DNA of 64,000 nucleotides from Desulfuromonadales bacterium (lineage in GTDB: Bacteria; Desulfobacterota; Desulfuromonadia; Geobacterales; Pseudopelobacteraceae). A model generated the notes under the pieces. That model was not told where the DNA came from. It worked only from the letters and a program-made list of their open reading frames with translations, and made no database searches. The stretch is taken from assembly GCA_037129245.1 (NCBI GenBank), contig JBAXVE010000002.1:23441-87440 (forward strand), written 5' to 3'. The position numbers and the translations under genes were made by a program. Shown piece by piece: positions 62,277 to 64,000 of the stretch. Each line of letters starts with the position of its first letter. Positions within the stretch are counted from its first letter, which is position 1.

Positions 62277-63227
62277 TCAGATGGTTTTGGATAACGCTTT
62301 CCCCTGCCAACTGTTTCGCCTGATCAGTTCATTAATGACCGCATACCACATCTGGTTGTTCTTCAGTCCCCAGCGCGGGGCGACGCAGATATCCAGCGGT
62401 GCGGAGCCGTACAGACGCTGAATGGCAATGTCCGGCGGTATCCTCTCCAAGAAATCAGCGATTCTGGTAATGTACTCCTCCAGAGTCAGCGGTAAAAACT
62501 CACCGCGCCGAAACATCTCAGCCAGTTCTGTTCCTTCCACGGCGTGCAGCTGATGCAGCTTGATCGAGTTGATCGGCAGTCTGGCCATCAGGCTGGCCGT
62601 TTCCATGAAATCGTCCGCAGTTTCTCCGGGAAAGCCGCAAATCAGATGGACGCAGATGTCAAAATTCCGACTAGCTGCCCGGGCGACCGCAGCCATGAAA
62701 TCCTCCAGAGTATGCCCGCGGTTGATGCGGCTTAATACGCCATCATCCATCGACTGCAGTCCCAGCTCAAGACAGACATAGTACGTAAGCGCAATTTCGG
62801 TCAACAGTTCCAATGCTCCGTCTTCAAGGGAGTCGGGGCGAGTGCCTACCGAAATACCGAGTACGTCAGGATGATCCAGTGCCCGGCGGTAGAGATCGGC
62901 AAGCAGCTCCGGAGGTCCGTAGGTGTTGGTGTATTTCTGGAAATAGATAATGAATTTTTCCGAGCGGAACCGCAGGCGGTGGTAAGCCATACCAGCTGCC
63001 ATCTGCTCCTCCAGGGGAATCAGCGGCTGTGTGCCTTTCGGTGAGAACGAGACATTGTTGCAGTAGATGCAGCCGCCGCTCCCCTTGCTGCCGTCCCGGT
63101 TGGGGCAGGTGAAGCCGGCATCGACGTTGACCTTGCTGACCCGGCAGCCGAAGCGGCGTCGCAGGTAATGACCGTAGGAATTGATGCGGAGCTGCGGGTG
63201 CAGCGTCGTGTCAGTCGTGCCTGACAT
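62277..63227 (-). CDS. TIGR01212 family radical SAM protein (YhcC-like)
   Basis: CPNRDGSKGSGGCIYC is the atypical CX10CX2C cluster motif of this family. The elongator/HAT-like radical SAM core is present. ATG 63227 overlaps the thiE 3' end, and a TTG at 63236 is also possible. Confidence 0.85.
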   Translation of the reverse strand: MSGTTDTTLHPQLRINSYGHYLRRRFGCRVSKVNVDAGFTCPNRDGSKGSGGCIYCNNVSFSPKGTQPLIPLEEQMAAGMAYHRLRFRSEKFIIYFQKYTNTYGPPELLADLYRRALDHPDVLGISVGTRPDSLEDGALELLTEIALTYYVCLELGLQSMDDGVLSRINRGHTLEDFMAAVARAASRNFDICVHLICGFPGETADDFMETASLMARLPINSIKLHQLHAVEGTELAEMFRRGEFLPLTLEEYITRIADFLERIPPDIAIQRLYGSAPLDICVAPRWGLKNNQMWYAVINELIRRNSWQGKALSKTI

Positions 63228-63852
63228 GGGATTCAATCTTTCTGAGCAGATTAGTGGCGGTAAGCCGGGGATCGTCTGCGGTCAGTAGTGCCGATAGTGC
63301 TGCGACGCCACGCACACCGGTCTCCATGACGTCATCAATCCTGTCGCTGGAAATGCCGCCAAGGGCAAAAACGGGAATATTTATCGCGTCGACCGCTTCT
63401 GCCAGTTTTTTGACACCACAGGGTATACCGAAAGGTGCCTTAGAGGGAGTATGGTAGACCGGCCCGAAACTCACGAAATCGGCCCCTTCATTCTGCGCTG
63501 CCGCCGCCTCTTCGACCTGGTGAGCTGAGTAGCCGATCAGCAGGGACGGGCCCGCTACCCGCCTGGCTTCCCTGATCGGCAGGCCATTGACGCCAAGATG
63601 GATTCCATCAGCTCCGCAGGCCAGCGCAACGTCCAGCCGGTCGTTGATTATCAGCCTGGCGCCGAACAGCCGGGTCAGGCTGCGCAGTTCAACCGCCTGC
63701 CGGAAAAGGTCAGCTGCGGACAGATCCTTCTCCCGCAGCTGGACGCAGCGGACGCCCCCTTCCAGCACCTCGCGGACCGTTTCAGTCAGCCCCCTTTCCC
63801 GGCATGAGCGACGGTCGGTAATCAGATACACGCCGAAATCAACGAGTGGCAT
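63211..63852 (-). CDS. thiE: thiamine-phosphate synthase
   Basis: LYLITD..., VQLREK, LIINDRLDVALA..ADGIHLG and GPVY.T.SK...G are present. Confidence 0.9.
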   Translation of the reverse strand: MPLVDFGVYLITDRRSCRERGLTETVREVLEGGVRCVQLREKDLSAADLFRQAVELRSLTRLFGARLIINDRLDVALACGADGIHLGVNGLPIREARRVAGPSLLIGYSAHQVEEAAAAQNEGADFVSFGPVYHTPSKAPFGIPCGVKKLAEAVDAINIPVFALGGISSDRIDDVMETGVRGVAALSALLTADDPRLTATNLLRKIESHVRHD

Positions 63853-63865
63853 CAGCAGGATGCGG

Positions 63866-64000
63866 TCACGCTACCAGACCATCCAGGGGGCTGGAGGCAC
63901 TGGCGTAGAGTTTGCGGGGGATGCGTCCGGCCTTGTAGGAGAGGCGCCCTGCAATTACCGCCAGCTTCATCGCCTCGGCCATGGCAATCGGGTCCTGAGC
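63866..64000 (-). CDS. thiG: thiazole synthase ThiG, C-terminal 44 codons (partial, runs off right edge)
   Basis: The minus-strand translation [44 protein letters not shown] matches the conserved ThiG C-terminus. It ends 13 nt upstream of thiE. Confidence 0.75.
   Translation of the reverse strand, partial: AQDPIAMAEAMKLAVIAGRLSYKAGRIPRKLYASASSPLDGLVA

Overview
The window is a 64-kb chromosomal segment, roughly 55-60% GC by eye. It most resembles a Geobacter/Desulfuromonadales-type deltaproteobacterium: it has a PpcA-like triheme cytochrome c7, an HDOD protein, GspCDEF and a heptose/Kdo-type LPS core locus. I support about 57 protein-coding genes, 2 gene remnants, 2 intrinsic terminators and several candidate promoters/operators. 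I found no rRNA, tRNA or CRISPR array. All family calls come from motifs read in the translations; no database search was run.

Layout:
- 1-8.4 kb: ArsS-like radical SAM, cytochrome c7, an isolated flgM, M29 aminopeptidase, a methyltransferase, a TPR/GT41 (SPINDLY-like) glycosyltransferase and a SulP permease.
- 8.4-11.6 kb: HDOD, def, fmt and DUF116.
- 11.7-18.5 kb: TPR protein, a 1189-aa GH13-like protein and RlmI.
- 18.6-19.5 kb: a truncated DNA-repair radical SAM gene abutting a low-GC yefM-yoeB cassette.
- 19.7-27 kb: DUF4139, RRM protein, SDR, DUF1385, thyX, rpmE, rho and tcdA.
- 27-40 kb: a tightly coupled LPS inner/outer core locus. It holds a lipid kinase, a GT4-CE4 fusion, four GT9 genes, a GT2, an orphan GT-A, an O-antigen ligase, a UDP-GlcA 4-epimerase, Trm112, a Kdo-kinase-like gene and lpxK.
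- 40-43 kb: mntH, gamma-CA and dapF.
- 43-50.6 kb: gspCDEF, a CaCA antiporter and a rhomboid protease.
- 51.2-53.3 kb: gmd-fcl, bracketed by AT-rich DNA and a possible transposase remnant.
- 53.8-58.7 kb: an uncharacterised envelope locus.
- 58.9-64 kb: amt, uvrC, a TIGR01212 radical SAM gene, thiE and a partial thiG.

Nothing resembles a known defence island apart from the toxin-antitoxin pair. The best candidates for undescribed biology are:
- The LysM/CpoB-like gene plus the TolA-like coil/Ig-domain gene at 55137-58722, together with the adjacent pseudo-receiver membrane protein.
- The accessory genes translationally coupled into the LPS core operon: the lipid kinase, the GT4-deacetylase fusion and Trm112.
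- The gspCDEF-antiporter-rhomboid arrangement.
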